A stretch of 62,904 nt of DNA, filler included, from Choristocarpus tenellus KU-1152 (Eukaryota; Protista; Phaeophyceae), in NCBI GenBank assembly GCA_964200185.2. It is 11 parts of 11 records of this genome, joined end to end, with 100 filler letters (N's around TTAATTAATTAA, not from the genome) between each part and the next. Parts side by side here need not be neighbours in the genome. Positions count along the whole stretch, not along the records: positions 5,994 to 12,899 come from CAXNAD020007091.1; positions 13,000 to 16,506 come from CAXNAD020019561.1; positions 16,607 to 24,048 come from CAXNAD020006154.1; 8 more parts are not named here. One strand, 5' to 3'. How positions within the stretch are numbered: position 1 is the stretch's first letter; every line of letters begins with the position of its first letter. A program made the translations under genes and the position numbers. Of this stretch, positions 10,825 to 23,900 are shown in pieces. The notes beneath the pieces are model-generated. The model saw only the letters and a list, made by a program, of their open reading frames with translations. It searched no databases and had not been told where the DNA came from.

Positions 10825-12999
10825 ACCACTTTGCACAGTATTGTGCGGGAGAGAATGTAATTAGGAGGGTGTCGGTGTCGTGTCTGTTTGTACAGGCGAT
10901 CTCGTGTGAATCGATGCAGCGTGGTGGACAGTAATGCTGCCTACGCCTAACCCGAATTTGGGCTATACATTAAGAAAGCAATGACGAGAAGATTCTTAAT
11001 GCGAGGGGCATGTTCGTGCTTTCACCAAAAAGCCAGGTACAAAAGATGTTGGAATTGTTTATCGAGAGGAACGCGTAGATAGGGATTGGCGGAATATGTT
11101 ACGTACTGTTAACGGCCCGGTTGTCAAGGAAGGCTCGACCTGGAAAGAGCGTGTTATCTACGGCAAGTTATGCAACAATGGTTGGGCGGAGGGCCATGAC
11201 TACAGGGTTATACAACCGCTTGGGTACATGATGATGACATTCACATGCTAATAGAGGCTATGCGAACGGACGAAAGTTGCAACATTCATCAAAGGCGTTA
11301 AATCATGATGGTTTTTGCAAGATTGGTCATTCAGGAACGCTCCCGAATGAGCTGCTAGTAGGGTGTACATTTCTGGTAGGGGTACTCACCTCCTGCTTCC
11401 CTTTGGAGGCATGGCGGCGTTTGGTGGTTAGACTAAGCCTCTCCTTTTATAGTGTGGTATCCGCATCAGGTGGGCACGTTGCAAATGGGACAGGGGAAAC
11501 CGACAGAAGGAGAGAGAGAAAATGCTATGCGCATCGAGTCAGGTTCAGAGAGGATGGCATGTCACGGTCGGGTTACATCATCTTCGAGTCGTAAGCACCT
11601 CATCACCTTGCACGAAAAGGAAGTCCTGTCGTGTTTTCCCCTTCCGATACGCCCGGTGTTTAGCGTTACGTACAGCGCACAAGGGTAGTGGCAGGCGATC
11701 CCGATCCTCGTGGAAGGGATATGCACCTAGTCTCCCGTGATCAAGGAAGAATGATCTTTTCGACCTGTTTTTTTTGTCGGTTGTATGACAATCTAACCCT
11801 AATTAACAAAAGAACCCCCCCTTACTGAATGTTGCACCCCTAGAAGATATAGTAGTATATATATTGGGGTTCTAAACAGGCTAGTTCGAGCGTTCCTTTT
11901 CCTCGGGAATCAAATAGGAAATTTAAGAAGGGGATTTTTGCTCTCTTCACATAGATATCGAAATTTATATATATATATATGTATGTATGCGACGATGTTG
12001 AAATAGAAAAAAATTGACTTACAAAGTATGTATGTATATATAAACAACTCTCCATCCTCTATTACTTCATTAATTCGACAGGGTCATAATGTGGAGTTTG
12101 CATCTTTTTCCACATTTGCACATTTGAAGAATATATTGTAGTGCATAAGAAAAAACTTTCGCCAAACCACACATACGACTAACCCCCACACTCGTTAACT
12201 CACTAAACAACAAACCAACGAGCCTGGACAGTATAGAGGATTCGTAGTCGCAGTTCTTTTAGAGGACCATACCCATCGCACCGCAGATATAGGATGGCCA
12301 CCCGTAAGCCACTAGGGGATCTGGCAAACACGGGCAATGAACTTGTAGACTCCGGAGGGGTAAACCCTGGGACATCCCAAGGGTAAGACCAGGCCTCGAT
12401 CGCAGTTAGACATACTTCCAATGTAGCCTAGGTGTTCTGTAAATACAGAAATGAGAGATTAGCGCTTGAAGACTAGACATTGCAAACCACATGGTCACCA
12501 CATCCTTCTCAAATCCAACATTTGCATTGGAATCAGAGACAAGTAGTGTTCACCAGTAACACCGTAGCTCAGAACTGGTGATGCACACATCCTCCCCTCA
12601 ACAGCAGGACGAAACCTAACGATGAAGATCGTGTCCTCCATATGTATCGAAAATAAATGATACTCCTTTCTGTATCTGTTTCCAATCGCAACCCTAACCC
12701 CTGTCCCAACCCTAACCCTGTGCCTCAACACCAACACCATCCCCGCCCCTTACAATCCCGAACACACACCAACACGTGTTCTGCTCTTCCTTCATCAACT
12801 TACTCAATGTAATTTTTGGCATATTTTGGGCTCAAAGTATCTGGGAGGGGGTGGCGGCTGTCCATTTGGGGTCCATTTTTTCATGTCGCGATTTTTGGGN
12901 NNNNNNNNNNNNNNNNNNNNNNNNNNNNNNNNNNNNNNNNNNNTTAATTAATTAANNNNNNNNNNNNNNNNNNNNNNNNNNNNNNNNNNNNNNNNNNNN

Positions 13000-13140
13000 A
13001 CGTACCCTTGCCTGCTTGGTTCAGGTGTGGTACGCCATTGCTACCCCCCCAGAGAGTAGTGCTGCGCCAAAAAGCAGATGAGATGAAATTTCCACCCCCT
13101 GCACCTGTGTCAAGGAGTACCTGTATGGGAATTCTCAAGC
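13000..13140 (-). pseudogene. Retrotransposon aspartic protease fragment (Gypsy-like); upstream sequence may be decayed gag
   Basis: RIPIQVLLDTGAGGGNFIS contains the LLDTGA retropepsin active-site motif. Confidence 0.7.
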
Positions 13141-13494
13141 GGACTTTGTGTGGATGTCATAGCAGAGCAGATATCCACACTTGACTAGTACGTAGGACAG
13201 GTGACATGGCGAATATTGTCGAGTACGGAGTGGGGATCATACTTTCTATGACTACAGTGACAGGGGGTTCCCTGGAGCCTCAGACTCCAGGGCACACTTT
13301 CAAGACGACTCTGATGCTTCTGAATCGGTTGGGCTTCTCGTAAATAGCGGGGGATATTCTGAGTCTTGCACCCCTGCTAGGTATTGCAGATGTGTATCTG
13401 TTTAGGCTACCATCGTATGCGACTTCCAATGGATATAGCACCATGCGAACTCCGGGCAGGTCTCGAACGGTATGAGAAGCATCCTTTGGGGACT

Positions 13495-13725
13495 GAGTAC
13501 AAGTATCTTAGAGGGTAGAGCCGCGTCCACTTGGGGACCAAAATCCAATGTTGATATTTTGATGTAATTTTGCCTATGGTGTTTGTTAGGAAGAGTCAAT
13601 ATCCTTGTGCGTTTTCATAACGTACACATATTACCTACTCCAAACCATTCGGATTAGGTAAAATGTCATTAAAAACCAGTGGGAAGCCAAGCCCCAGAAG
13701 GATAAACAGGGAAAAACTCATACCT
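13495..13725 (+). mobile_element. MITE family A copy 4 (right end missing)
   Basis: Left TIR and interior present; right TIR absent. Confidence 0.8.
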
Positions 13726-13785
13726 GAACTTTGCCGCTTATGGGCCTGAAGCAGTCTTTCGACCATAGGCATGATGAAAGCAAAC

Positions 13786-14045
13786 GAGCCAAAGTATCTT
13801 AGAGGGTAGAGCCGCGTCCATTTGGGGATAAAATCCAATGTTGCGATTTTGATTTAATTTTGGCAATCGTATTTGTTAGGAAGTGTCAAATATCCATATT
13901 TCCGGACACACATTTTCATAACATACACACTTTACCTACTCCTCAACATTTTGGAGTAGGAAAATGCTATAAAAGAACCCATGGGAAGCCAAGCCCTAAG
14001 TGGACAAACAGGGCAAAACTCGTACTCTCTAAGACACTTTCACTC
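13786..14045 (+). mobile_element. MITE family A copy 5
   Basis: TIRs; TSD AAAC. Confidence 0.9.
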
Positions 14046-14409
14046 AAACCCGATGGGCCTTGAGCCATGTAGCGACTTCGTCTGAGGAGGCAGACGATGT
14101 AGGTAAGTCTTTAACCGAATGATGTTGACTCATATCACTTGCCCTGTCTGTGGCTGAGGAATGTGCGGATCGAAGCACGGGCTGGGGAACGGGTGTGACT
14201 GGTCGAATGGATTTGGATGCATGCTTTTTGGAACGAACGAGGTACCGTGTTTCCCAGGAACAGAAGCAGGTTGGTTATTTAAGGCAGCACAGACAGCGGG
14301 CGGGGAGTCCTGGGCTAGAACAGGTTGAAGGATCGGCGTTGGGGCTACCATTAGTACACCGTTGACAACCTCTTGTTGTGGTAGTGAATTTTGTCTTGTT
14401 ACCTCTTCT

Positions 14410-14666
14410 GAGTGAAAGTATCTTAGAGGGTACGAGTTTTGCCCTGTTTGTCCATTTGGGGCTTGGCTTCCCGCGCTTTTTTTATGACATTTTCCTACTC
14501 CAAAATGTTTCGGACTAGGTAAAATGTATGTAATGAAAAGGTGTGTCTGGAACAAGGATCTATTGACACTTTAAAATTAATATGATAGCCAAAATTATTA
14601 AAAATCGCGACATTGGAGTTTGATCCCCAAATGGACGTAGCTGTACCCTCTAAGATACTTTGGCTC
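14410..14666 (-). mobile_element. MITE family A copy 6
   Basis: TIRs; flanks TTCT / CTGA (no exact 4-bp TSD). Confidence 0.88.
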
Positions 14667-16606
14667 CTGAAACACTTTAGTCATGAAGGGTGGCAGAATG
14701 TCAACTAATGAATATAACTCAACAAACCAAAATACAAAATCTAGGACTTCAAAAGTTACTATTGGAGTTCTGCAGTTAAGGCCCATTGTGTCAGTAGTAG
14801 CATTGACCCAAACAAATCGAGGGGTAAGCAGGTTTGGGCCCTTTCGCATTTCCAAGCCACCTTTTTTTACCGTGACAATACACTCTATTTCATTGCTTTA
14901 TGTGTGCAATAGTGTACGCAAAATTGATGTTATCCCTTTAGGCACACAAATTAACACCACAAATCAGAAAAGGCTCTTTCTGGGATTGTACAAAATTGAA
15001 TATTTTTGCTCTTTCTTGGTATCCTTAAATGCAATCCTGCCTACCTCTCAGTTGGTTTTCTAATTTACCCCTGTTTACTCGTTCAGTGAAATACCTGTGT
15101 GGTTACTATCGGCTATGTTGCAAATTTAAGTTCATTATTACACCTACCAACTGCATATTCAAGAAACTTCTAGGTACCAAACTACAATGACTATATCCAA
15201 TCCTCTCTAGTTTACATTCTTCAGTTCGCAACAATGAACAAGAATTAATTTATAGCTTCAAATCCCAAACTTGTCAAGGTCGTTTTGGAGGGACGTCCAC
15301 CAGTTCTTCTCCTGTTTACTTCCCTTCAGACTTCTAACCTCACAAGTTACCCAGACATCAGTACTTTGGGGAGTCTCTCACCCCCCACGTGACTCACCGG
15401 CCTGAACACCCTCCTTGGCTCGATATTCTCACATATCCTTCTTAACAAGAAGAGCATGTTTGCAGGAAATAATATTCTGGAATGAAGTTTGGAGTTTCAT
15501 GCAGGACAAAACCAATTTTAGAGGTGTGGAATCGCATTTCCAATAAGAGAAGGTGATATGTGGTATGGACGAAGAGTCAAACAGGACCCAAATTATGTAG
15601 GAACAACGAGATTTCTATATATATATCCCTAAATCAAACCCTAACCCTGGTGAAAACATTAAAATAAAAATTCGATGGGTGCTTTTCTAACCTATTTTTG
15701 TTGCACAATGACCTGTCCATAAGAAAAGTATAGTAATTCTGTTATTTTCGTCTCCAGACGTATGGAACCGTTCCGTAGAAATTGAATGAACTTGACCTAG
15801 TTCAAACTGACAATTTCGTTTCGACATCTAATGTCATTGAACGGTGTAACAAACAACAAGGTATCTGCCTTATTTTATTTTTCCATTTATCTAGGATTTA
15901 GAGAGAAGGAAAGATTCACAATTTCGAAGTCTCCTACACAAAACCATTCCCCAAGACAAGAAACAATCAATAGATGTCTAAATAATATTCCAGGTGGAAC
16001 ATTTCAACTATTGTTAATTGATAATCACCGAAAATGATATGATGATACTATGTCTTGTATTCAAGAATCATGGACAGATTTACAAACTCTACATGGAATT
16101 TGTCTTACCTCCTGGAATATACACCGTAATCCCTCCGCCTGTACTCTCTCCTCCTAAACCCAACCTCATCACTCTCCCCTCCAAAATATCTTCAATCAGC
16201 GTTCACACGATCCAACATAACAAAAATCTCACACTCCATACAATCAGGCTATGGCTGACAAAATAAATGTGGCGAAACAACAGGCAAGGCAACGTTGCAT
16301 CATACGTACTTCAAGAAAACCACCAACACTCTTCTGAATACTACAACAATCATGCCTCACGGCGACCGAAGAATGATTTGGCTTGTTAGCAAATTGCTCC
16401 TATGTTAGGAATCACAACATGCATATATTCATCTGCACCAGGTCTACCTCGAGTGCAAGGAACATGCATCCTCCCAACAATCACCGTCTCCCCTGTAAAA
16501 TCTTGANNNNNNNNNNNNNNNNNNNNNNNNNNNNNNNNNNNNNNNNNNNNTTAATTAATTAANNNNNNNNNNNNNNNNNNNNNNNNNNNNNNNNNNNNNN
16601 NNNNNN

Positions 16607-16944
16607 GTGTTGGAGGAAGTGGGGCTGGAGGTTCAGAGGCTCTGCAGCATGGGTTGGACCTTGGAGAGTTCTTACTGAGCATGGAGAGTAAGGACCAACT
16701 CCAGCATGCCCTTCTGGAGTCAAACATTGCTTTTTGGGATAATGCCATTCCAGGGGGCACTGCCACCTCTTCAGCACAGGGGGGAACATTGACGACTTCT
16801 CTCCCCCCTCCTGGAATTCCGCCTTTTGACCCTTCTCGCCATCTTGTTGATGGTCAGGTGGCTCCATGGAGTTTTGCAAGTATTGGGGCAGGGGGGGCAG
16901 GGCTCCCTGTAGTAGGTAGGCCGCAACACCAGACACTTCTCTAG
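16607..16944 (+). CDS. Probable 3' coding exon of an unidentified host gene (5' cut by gap)
   Basis: Open frame ...LDLGEFLLSMESKDQLQHALLESNIAFWDNAIPGG...PPFDPSRHLVDGQVAPWSF; GC-rich relative to flank. Confidence 0.5.
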
Positions 16945-17949
16945 ATGTGCAGAATGTGATAAGAGTTCAGTAGTCAGCAGCATCAGTAACATGATGCACC
17001 AGGTTTGATTGGACTTGTATTCCCGGTTTTTGTAATAATCTTAGCGCATAGTCCACTCCCCCCCCATCCATCCATACCTGGAATAGAGGATAGATTGCAG
17101 GTCTTTGATTTGAAGAATTAAAAAAATGTATATTGCCAGAGTTCATGATCAATGTATCTAGCTAGTATGAATATAGTGAGTCACTTGTACTTTTGTAGGC
17201 CAGTAGGCGTAAGTTTTAAGCTTTAGGCCTTTGGTGCTCCCGTCCAGATTTGAAATGTCCATTGTTATTGGCTATACACAAAAGGTTAACACAGAAACCT
17301 TGAATGCAATTGGGGGCAGGGGGCTGAGCCTTGTGTTGAATGTTCTTTTTGTTCATGACCTAGTTGCCTGATGTTGGTATGACACCTAGATGCCTTTCAC
17401 ATGCAGTAGGAAATATTGGTGGTGAGGGAGTGGAAGGAGTTTTTGTTCATCACACTTCATGATGCACTGGATAACATGATCTTCAGTCTACCCCAGTGTT
17501 AGCGGGGTTTTTTCCCCGATGAAGACACACACAAGAGGAGGTAGAGTTGGTGTCACACTACATAAAGAGAACCATGCCCATCATGCATACAGTCACATAA
17601 TTTATCGTCACCTGACGAAAGAAATTACAATTTAATAATCATAGTAATAATACAGTTTGTTCGACCCTGGTCTTCGAAGAACATAATGAACTATTTCACA
17701 ATTCAGAAGATGAGTGACGATGCGTACGCTCGTTAAAATCGCGTCCTTCCAAAGAACGAATCAGAGGGAGGGGGTGGTTACCAATGCATTCTTCATGAAG
17801 AGTAGGGCTTGTTGGACATTTCAATTACAGCAATCCGTTAAGCACAACCCTATCACAGGCCAATATGAAGAGGCATTCCATACAATAGTTGATATAATCT
17901 GATAGAACAAAAAACACTTGTAACAACGCACCGAGATGAACTCTCTACA

Positions 17950-18350
17950 ATATAAGGCACACATGGTGGGGGGGAGAGGAACTGGAGGCTATACCAGGAA
18001 AGGTGCAGTCAAATCCCAATTACGTCAAATAGTCTCGGTAACAACCCAGGTGGCACTGTCTAGACGTGCCATGCGTTTTAAGCTGGAGTCACCAGGGAGA
18101 TGGGCAAAGAGGGGTTTGTTGGATTCTGGGGATGCCTCCCTAGCTCCTCACCCTGGGGTGCAGGAATGGGTAGATTGGAGGCAGAGGAAGGTAGTGGTAC
18201 AACATAGTGAAATAACAAATAGATTATTAGGACTCTCCCCATTTGTGACATATTTTACTTCTTTAGGGTTTATACTGACATATGAATAGTTTCCATTAGT
18301 TTTTCCCCTGACACATCTGTAAAGTGTAAGAGGGCATCGTAATAATATTA
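17950..18350 (+). mobile_element. 5'-truncated non-LTR retroposon (RLE/CRE-like C-terminus plus 3' UTR)
   Basis: AHMVGGRGTGGYTRKGAVKSQLRQIVSVTTQVALSRRAMRF resembles the C-terminal helix after restriction-like endonuclease domains; followed by the conserved hairpin and TAATAA tail. Confidence 0.55.
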
Positions 18351-18748
18351 TAATGACCTCATCCCTCCATCACTCGGATGCTTTTTTTTGTGCAAAAACC
18401 CATTTTTGAGATTTATCAGACGTGACAATCCGTCTCTTACGAAAATGATACAATGTGGTGGATTAGCGTCTGAGACAGATTGGTACGCCTACTGACTAAG
18501 AACGCCAACGTGGTGTTTAGGTTAGAAGATATATTTACTATGATGGAGGTTGGAGTCTGTATCTTGAAGGGATTGTTGTTACACGTACTAGGGCGTTTGC
18601 GCAAAATGTAATTCACTATCTTAAAAGTCTTATATGTCATTATATGTCAAGGTGGTAGTTCTAATAATACTATATGGTGGGGTGATACGCAGACTTTTCC
18701 GATAAGTAGTGGATTTCATTTTGCGCAAACACCCTACCAACTACAATT

Positions 18749-18887
18749 AACAGCAGATTTCAAAAATTGAGGGTACTAACTAACATCACAAAAAAAAACA
18801 TATCGACACTTTCTCCCAGTCAGTCAATTTTGGGTCAAGCCCATCCTCAATGAAAAGCTCCATCCTCAATTTTTGAAATCTGCTGTT
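18749..18887. mobile_element. MITE family C (139 bp, AACAG...CTGTT); right ends also at about 6080-6129 and 24149-24193
   Basis: TIR AACAGCAGATTTCAAAAATTGAGG / CCTCAATTTTTGAAATCTGCTGTT; TSD AATT. Confidence 0.85.
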
Positions 18888-19124
18888 AATTCCAAACAAA
18901 AGTGTTCTGAATATTCATATCCGCCACTTCCTATAAACTAGGAAGCAATTTTATTTTAGTTGAGTGGATTGGACAGAGTGACTAATAGAGGGACCAGTAA
19001 CCTTATATTTGATTACATGTAAGGTTTGACAGTATACTTATTGAGCTGCATTACTCCGTTAGATATCAATTTCATAGTTAGTTGGAGGAGAGCGAGGAGG
19101 AAGTTTCTAAGTTTATTTTGCCAG

Positions 19125-19510
19125 TTACCCCAATAACGTTCCCTACCAAATTATATTGAATACAAATAATACATTTTCAGTAAAAAAGATATTTGTGAAT
19201 CTTGTGATTCTGTGGGGGAACCTTTCGCTCCAGGAAGGGTGGTGAAGAGATTTACCAGGCAAGACGGACCAGACCCTAACGAGCTGTCATTGAGAGGACG
19301 AGGTTAAGGTCAGATAATTTCAAAGAAGTTTCTGGGTTTAGTTTGCGACCTACCCCAAAAACGTCCTATACTATTTGCACAATACAAAGGAAACATTTCA
19401 CCATTTTCCAATGATGCTTGTGAATCTCGTGATTCTGTGGGGGTTCGGTTTGCTCAGGCAAGGGTGGTGAAGAGATTCACTGGACAAGACAGACCAGACG
19501 AACCAAGACG
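19125..19510. repeat. Two degenerate tandem units of about 225 bp, homologous to 60450-60580
   Basis: GTGAATCT(T/C)GTGATTCTGTGGGG...AAGGGTGGTGAAGAGATT...CAAGAC(G/A)GACCAGAC at 19195 and 19420. Confidence 0.75.
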
Positions 19511-20365
19511 AATATTCCGGCCAATGTCGGACATGTTGAACCCGTTATGGGTGAAGGTTTCCGAAATGCTGACAGACCGGACGGATTCAGCGTTCGGAAT
19601 TGATCTTGCTCCCTACAAGAGAAGGCACCGATCAAAGGCCGACCTGCCTAAACTGGTGGACAACTCCAACTACTGTGATTGTGGAAGGCGATTCATGATC
19701 CACTGTATGTACACTGGCTGTTATCTGTATTAACTGCCCCAAGACCGATCAATCAGGGCCGATTTTGGGAGGAACTACTTGTTGATGGGTTTAGTACGAA
19801 TGAGATTTGGATGGCTTAGGAAGCATATTATGCGCTCACCATTGCTCTTGTTGCCCCTGCCACAGAGGTTCTGCGCTGCACGCACCTGAGCCCTAGCAAG
19901 CTTTCTGCAGCTGAGGACGACTGGCTTACGCCGAACACGGTGGGCAGCAGCCAAGATTTATTTCTGCAATTCTTCTCTTCAATGGTGAAGAAGGGGGCTA
20001 ACCCACTCCTCAATCTAACAGAACTTGAATTCTGACGGAGCAGGATGATGAGAATGGGTCTCGTCATCTGCGACAAAATACTACTTCCGCAGTTTCTGAG
20101 TGCGCTGGGATCTGATTATGACACTCGGGTACGCATGATGGCTTCTTGAAGATTATTGTCTCCACCAGACGTTAGGAAGACGATATCTGTGAGAGGTAGG
20201 CATCAATATGGTTAACCACAAGCACCAGTCCCCACGAAAAAAAACAAGAACAGTCATGATCTTGTGGTTGGAAGTCCAAGACACAAAGAGAGTCAACCTC
20301 ATCTCAAGGGCTAAGAGCGTTGAGGAGCAAGTAAATTTCTTGAAGGAAAGAAGAATAATAGTTCT

Positions 20366-20628
20366 GAGTGAAAGTATCTTAGAGGGTACGAATCTTGCCC
20401 TGTTTGTCCATTTGGGGCTTGGCTTCCCATGTATTTTTTTATTACATTTTCCTACTCCAAAATGTTTAGGAGTAGGTGAAATGTCTATGTTATGAAAAGG
20501 TGTGTCCGAAACATAGATATTGACACTTCCTAACAAACAAACACAATAGCCAAAATAACATCAAAATCGCAATATTGGATTTTGACCCCCAAATGGACGC
20601 GGCTCTACCCTCTGAGATACTTTGGCTC
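20366..20628 (-). mobile_element. MITE family A copy 7, inside Copia gag
   Basis: TIRs; 3-bp duplication TCT. Confidence 0.9.
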
Positions 20629-21274
20629 TCTAACTCAACCCTAGGATCTTGAAGAAGATTCCTTGTGAGAGGTGTGTGCCAAGAATGGACAAGAGAAGGT
20701 AGCTTACCCACGCCGCATTTCCACCAAGTGTGGTGGACATGCTCATGATGCTACAACATGTACTTCAGTGTTTATGACCACGGTGGTAGCTGGGGAAGAA
20801 AACGATGAGACCGAGGCGGAATCTTCCGACATTACTTTGGCAAGTGTGATCGGCAGTGGCGACAACGAGAGCTACGCACTACTGGCGCCCACTGAAGACT
20901 GTCCGAGCGGCAATCCTCAAGGCAAGTGTGGGGTAAATGAGTGTCTGGTGTGAAGTGTTCAGGTTGGTGCACGAAGAGAAGAGTGGATTTGTGACAATGC
21001 GGCCTCATGTCACATGACTAACATATAAACATGCATGACCAACTACAAGCCTTGTGTAGTCGATCGAAGGATAATTATTGCTAGTCAGAACTCCTTCCAC
21101 ATCGCAAATCACGAGGATAGATATCTTGTTTCCCTCACGTCACAATAAGGAAGTGGAAATACTGCTCCAGAATGTTGCTCATGTCCTAAATCTTGGATTA
21201 AACCTCTTCTCTTACCAAGCTGCAGCAGTCATGGGTGCGAAATGTACTGATTCAGCTAATACATTCTCACTTTT

Positions 21275-21522
21275 GGTTCAAAGTATCTGGTAGGGGAGGG
21301 CGGTTTCTGAGGGGGCGTCCGTTTCGGTCAAATAACCTTTTTTTATTGCTGACATTTCAAATCCAACACGTGCGACCAAATCACACCAAAAAAGTGAAAA
21401 TCGAAAAAAGGGTTAAGAACGGACGCCGACACCCNNNNNNNNNNCAAATCACACCAAAAAAGGGAAAATCGAAAAAAGGGTTAAGAACGGACGCCGACAC
21501 CCCCCCCCAGATACTTTGACCC
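21275..21522. mobile_element. MITE family B variant inside Copia
   Basis: GGTTCAAAGTATCTGG...CCAGATACTTTGACCC; TSD TTTT; removal restores FSLLYGKLVF. Confidence 0.85.
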
Positions 21523-22924
21523 TTTTATATGGCAAACTCGTTTTCATGAGAATTCTTGGTTGTCGCTACACCCTGCACGGTCAACGTATTTTGCCGTGAC
21601 CGTCTAAACTTGCTGAAGCTGCTCTCAAAGCTACCATCGCCCCCTCACGCACACACACGAACAACTCTGTCCCCCACACTGAGGTGGACATTAACCTTCT
21701 CCATCGCGCGTATGTCCATGTTCACGAGGCTTTGCTCAAGTCCACTGCCTCTTCAATGGGCATTGCATTGGTGGGCGAGTTGGAGGCATTTGCTGGCTGT
21801 TCAATGAGTGAAGTCATACGGAAGGGGATCCAGTCCAGAACGTCTTCACGGGCGAAACCTAGGAATTAGGGAGGGAGATACCCTGTCAGAGGATTACCCT
21901 TTTTGAGCCTGTTGGTGGGTTGATGTGGGTCAGTAACATGACCAGGCCAGTTGTGGCAAATGCATTGAGAACTGTAGCCCGCCATTCACGTGCTCCAAGT
22001 CATGTCCACTGGAGAGGTGTGACCCAGATCCTCAAGTACCTCAAAGGAACGCAGAAGTTGGGCTTAACTTACGAGAAAGGAGCAGGACTAACACTAGTGG
22101 CCTATGCTGATGCAGACTTCGCCAATAAGACTTTTGACAGACGTTCTCTCTAAGGGGGAGCTGTGATGTGGGGGGGGGGAACCTTAGCCTGATTTCCTAA
22201 GACCCAGTGTATCATTGCACAGTCGACTGCAGGGGCTGAGTACATAGCCATGGGGGACTGTGTGAAGGATTTGTTTCTGAGGGGTGTGTTGGAATTTGTT
22301 CGACCTTATGTTTCTGGATCTTGTTATGTGGTGTAAGAGGACAACACAGGGGCATCGATTTGGCAAACAACCCTTTGAGCTCTGGCAGAATCAAGCACAT
22401 AGCTGTCCGACACCATGTCCTGAGGGACTTGGTCGCAACTGGGCAAATACAGATCGTTCATGTTAACTCCGATTAGCAGCATGCAGATGTGCTGACCAAG
22501 CCTCTAGCGGAGGAATCTTTTTGGAGGCGTCCGGGGGCTTTGCTGAATTTAGACTATGTTAACGGTTTGCTTTTCGTTGGATTTTCAATTCTTCGTGTTC
22601 GCTTGGATATTTTCTTCTTCACTGAGTTCAGTACCTAGTTATGTCTAGTGACCGCTCAGAGTTGTTTGGGCAAGGGAGGGTGTTCGAATAGACTCCTCCA
22701 ACTTAACTGTAACGGATATATCAGTAGTAGTATATATACAGAATCAGAATACAAGAGTTATTAGCTGGTTAACCCATATTTGTTGTTGTATACGAGCACA
22801 TAGAAAGGAATTGATTCCATTCAGCATGGTGTTTTTGGGTTGTATGGTCGCTCCCTCTACTTGGGAATAATCACTCTAAAACATTTAGTAATACTCCTGT
22901 ATTTATCTCTTCTATCCATACATC

Positions 22925-23900
22925 AACTAAGGACACGAGATGACCATATGGCGATTACATCATGTGAAAAGGACCATGCTATACAAAAAAAAAGAACAAA
23001 TGTGACTCAATTGAAGAAGTCTCCATCACTTTCCCAGTGGTAAACTTGGATCTTTGTTTTTGTTAGGGTTGGTAATTTTATGATCAATAAATACATTTCA
23101 TCAAAAATAAGACATGATGTCGCGAACCGTGACCTCAGCACACACGAATGCTTAAGTACGTCGTGATTTGACGGTATCTTCACCGAATGTGTCCTCTCCT
23201 GCGAAATGAGGAGAGTTGGGAGAGAAAATAACATGTAATATTAAGTTGTCTAAACGTCCACCAACGTAAGTGTATAGTCTATTTGCGAAGGATTGATAGA
23301 CTTGGCAAGCACGAGACTTCAAGCCAAGGCTGGTCGTGAACAGGGTTGACTGAGGTCTGTTACCAGTTATCTATCTATTTACAACACGATAGACTATACC
23401 CATCTGGCTCAAAATATCTGGGGGGGGGGGTGGCGGCTGTCCATTTGGGATCAATTTTTTCATATCGCGATTTTTGGGCGATTCGATTCCATACGTCGGA
23501 TGGATAATGTAAATGCACTTTTCCTCATTTTGGTCAAATGGACACCCTGGTGTAGAGCCCCCCCCCCTCCCCCCCAGATACTTTGGGTCTCTATGACAAA
23601 ATGGCATACAAAAAATTGTCTATTGAAATGGTCTACCTATGTTAAGGAAGGATTGTGATATGTGGGTAAGACGATATCTGAGCCAAGACAAATGATTCAC
23701 GGAAAGTTGGAAGGGATCTGTCCCAGACGTAGATCCAAAAATATCTTTGCTTAGACGATAGGGTGTTATACTATCACGGCAATGCAAATTATACACACCA
23801 TGTAAAGCTGTATGTGGTCATTGCAAGTACGAATTTTCAAGAGTCAAACCAGCTGAGAGGTAGACAGGGTTGCATTTATTTCAAGGATCCAGAGAAGGCA
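22925..23900. repeat. Unclassified dispersed repeat homologous to about 61445-62400
   Basis: Colinear blocks ATTACATCATGT, GAAGTCTCCATC, GGATTGATA.AC.TGG.AA.CACGAGA, TCTGTTACCAGTTATCT, GATAGACTATACCCATCTATGACAAAAT. Confidence 0.8.
23406..23589 (+). mobile_element. MITE family B copy
   Basis: TIRs; TCT duplication confirmed by the paralogous empty site at 62231-62258. Confidence 0.9.

Larger units (their letters stand above)
19830..22798 (+). mobile_element. Degenerate Ty1/Copia element with internal deletion; PPT and probable short 3' LTR (22681-22798)
   Basis: gag-like region, zinc-knuckle relic KCGGHAHDATTC, protease WICDNAASCHMT, pre-integrase DINLLHRAYVH, RT end LMWVSNMTRP..LKYLKGT, RNase H YADADFA..AEYIA..HADVLTKPL, then AAGGGAGGG|TGTTCG. 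Confidence 0.9.

Noticed and set aside
10900-11750. Possible coding relic
   Set aside because: Short frames on both strands with no identifiable motif
18745-18891. piggyBac-type TTAA target for MITE C
   Set aside because: The other two right ends are not followed by AA, so TT belongs to the element
21392-21505. Direct repeat around the 10-N gap in the MITE
   Set aside because: Near-identical sequence on both sides of a scaffold gap is probably an unmerged overlap
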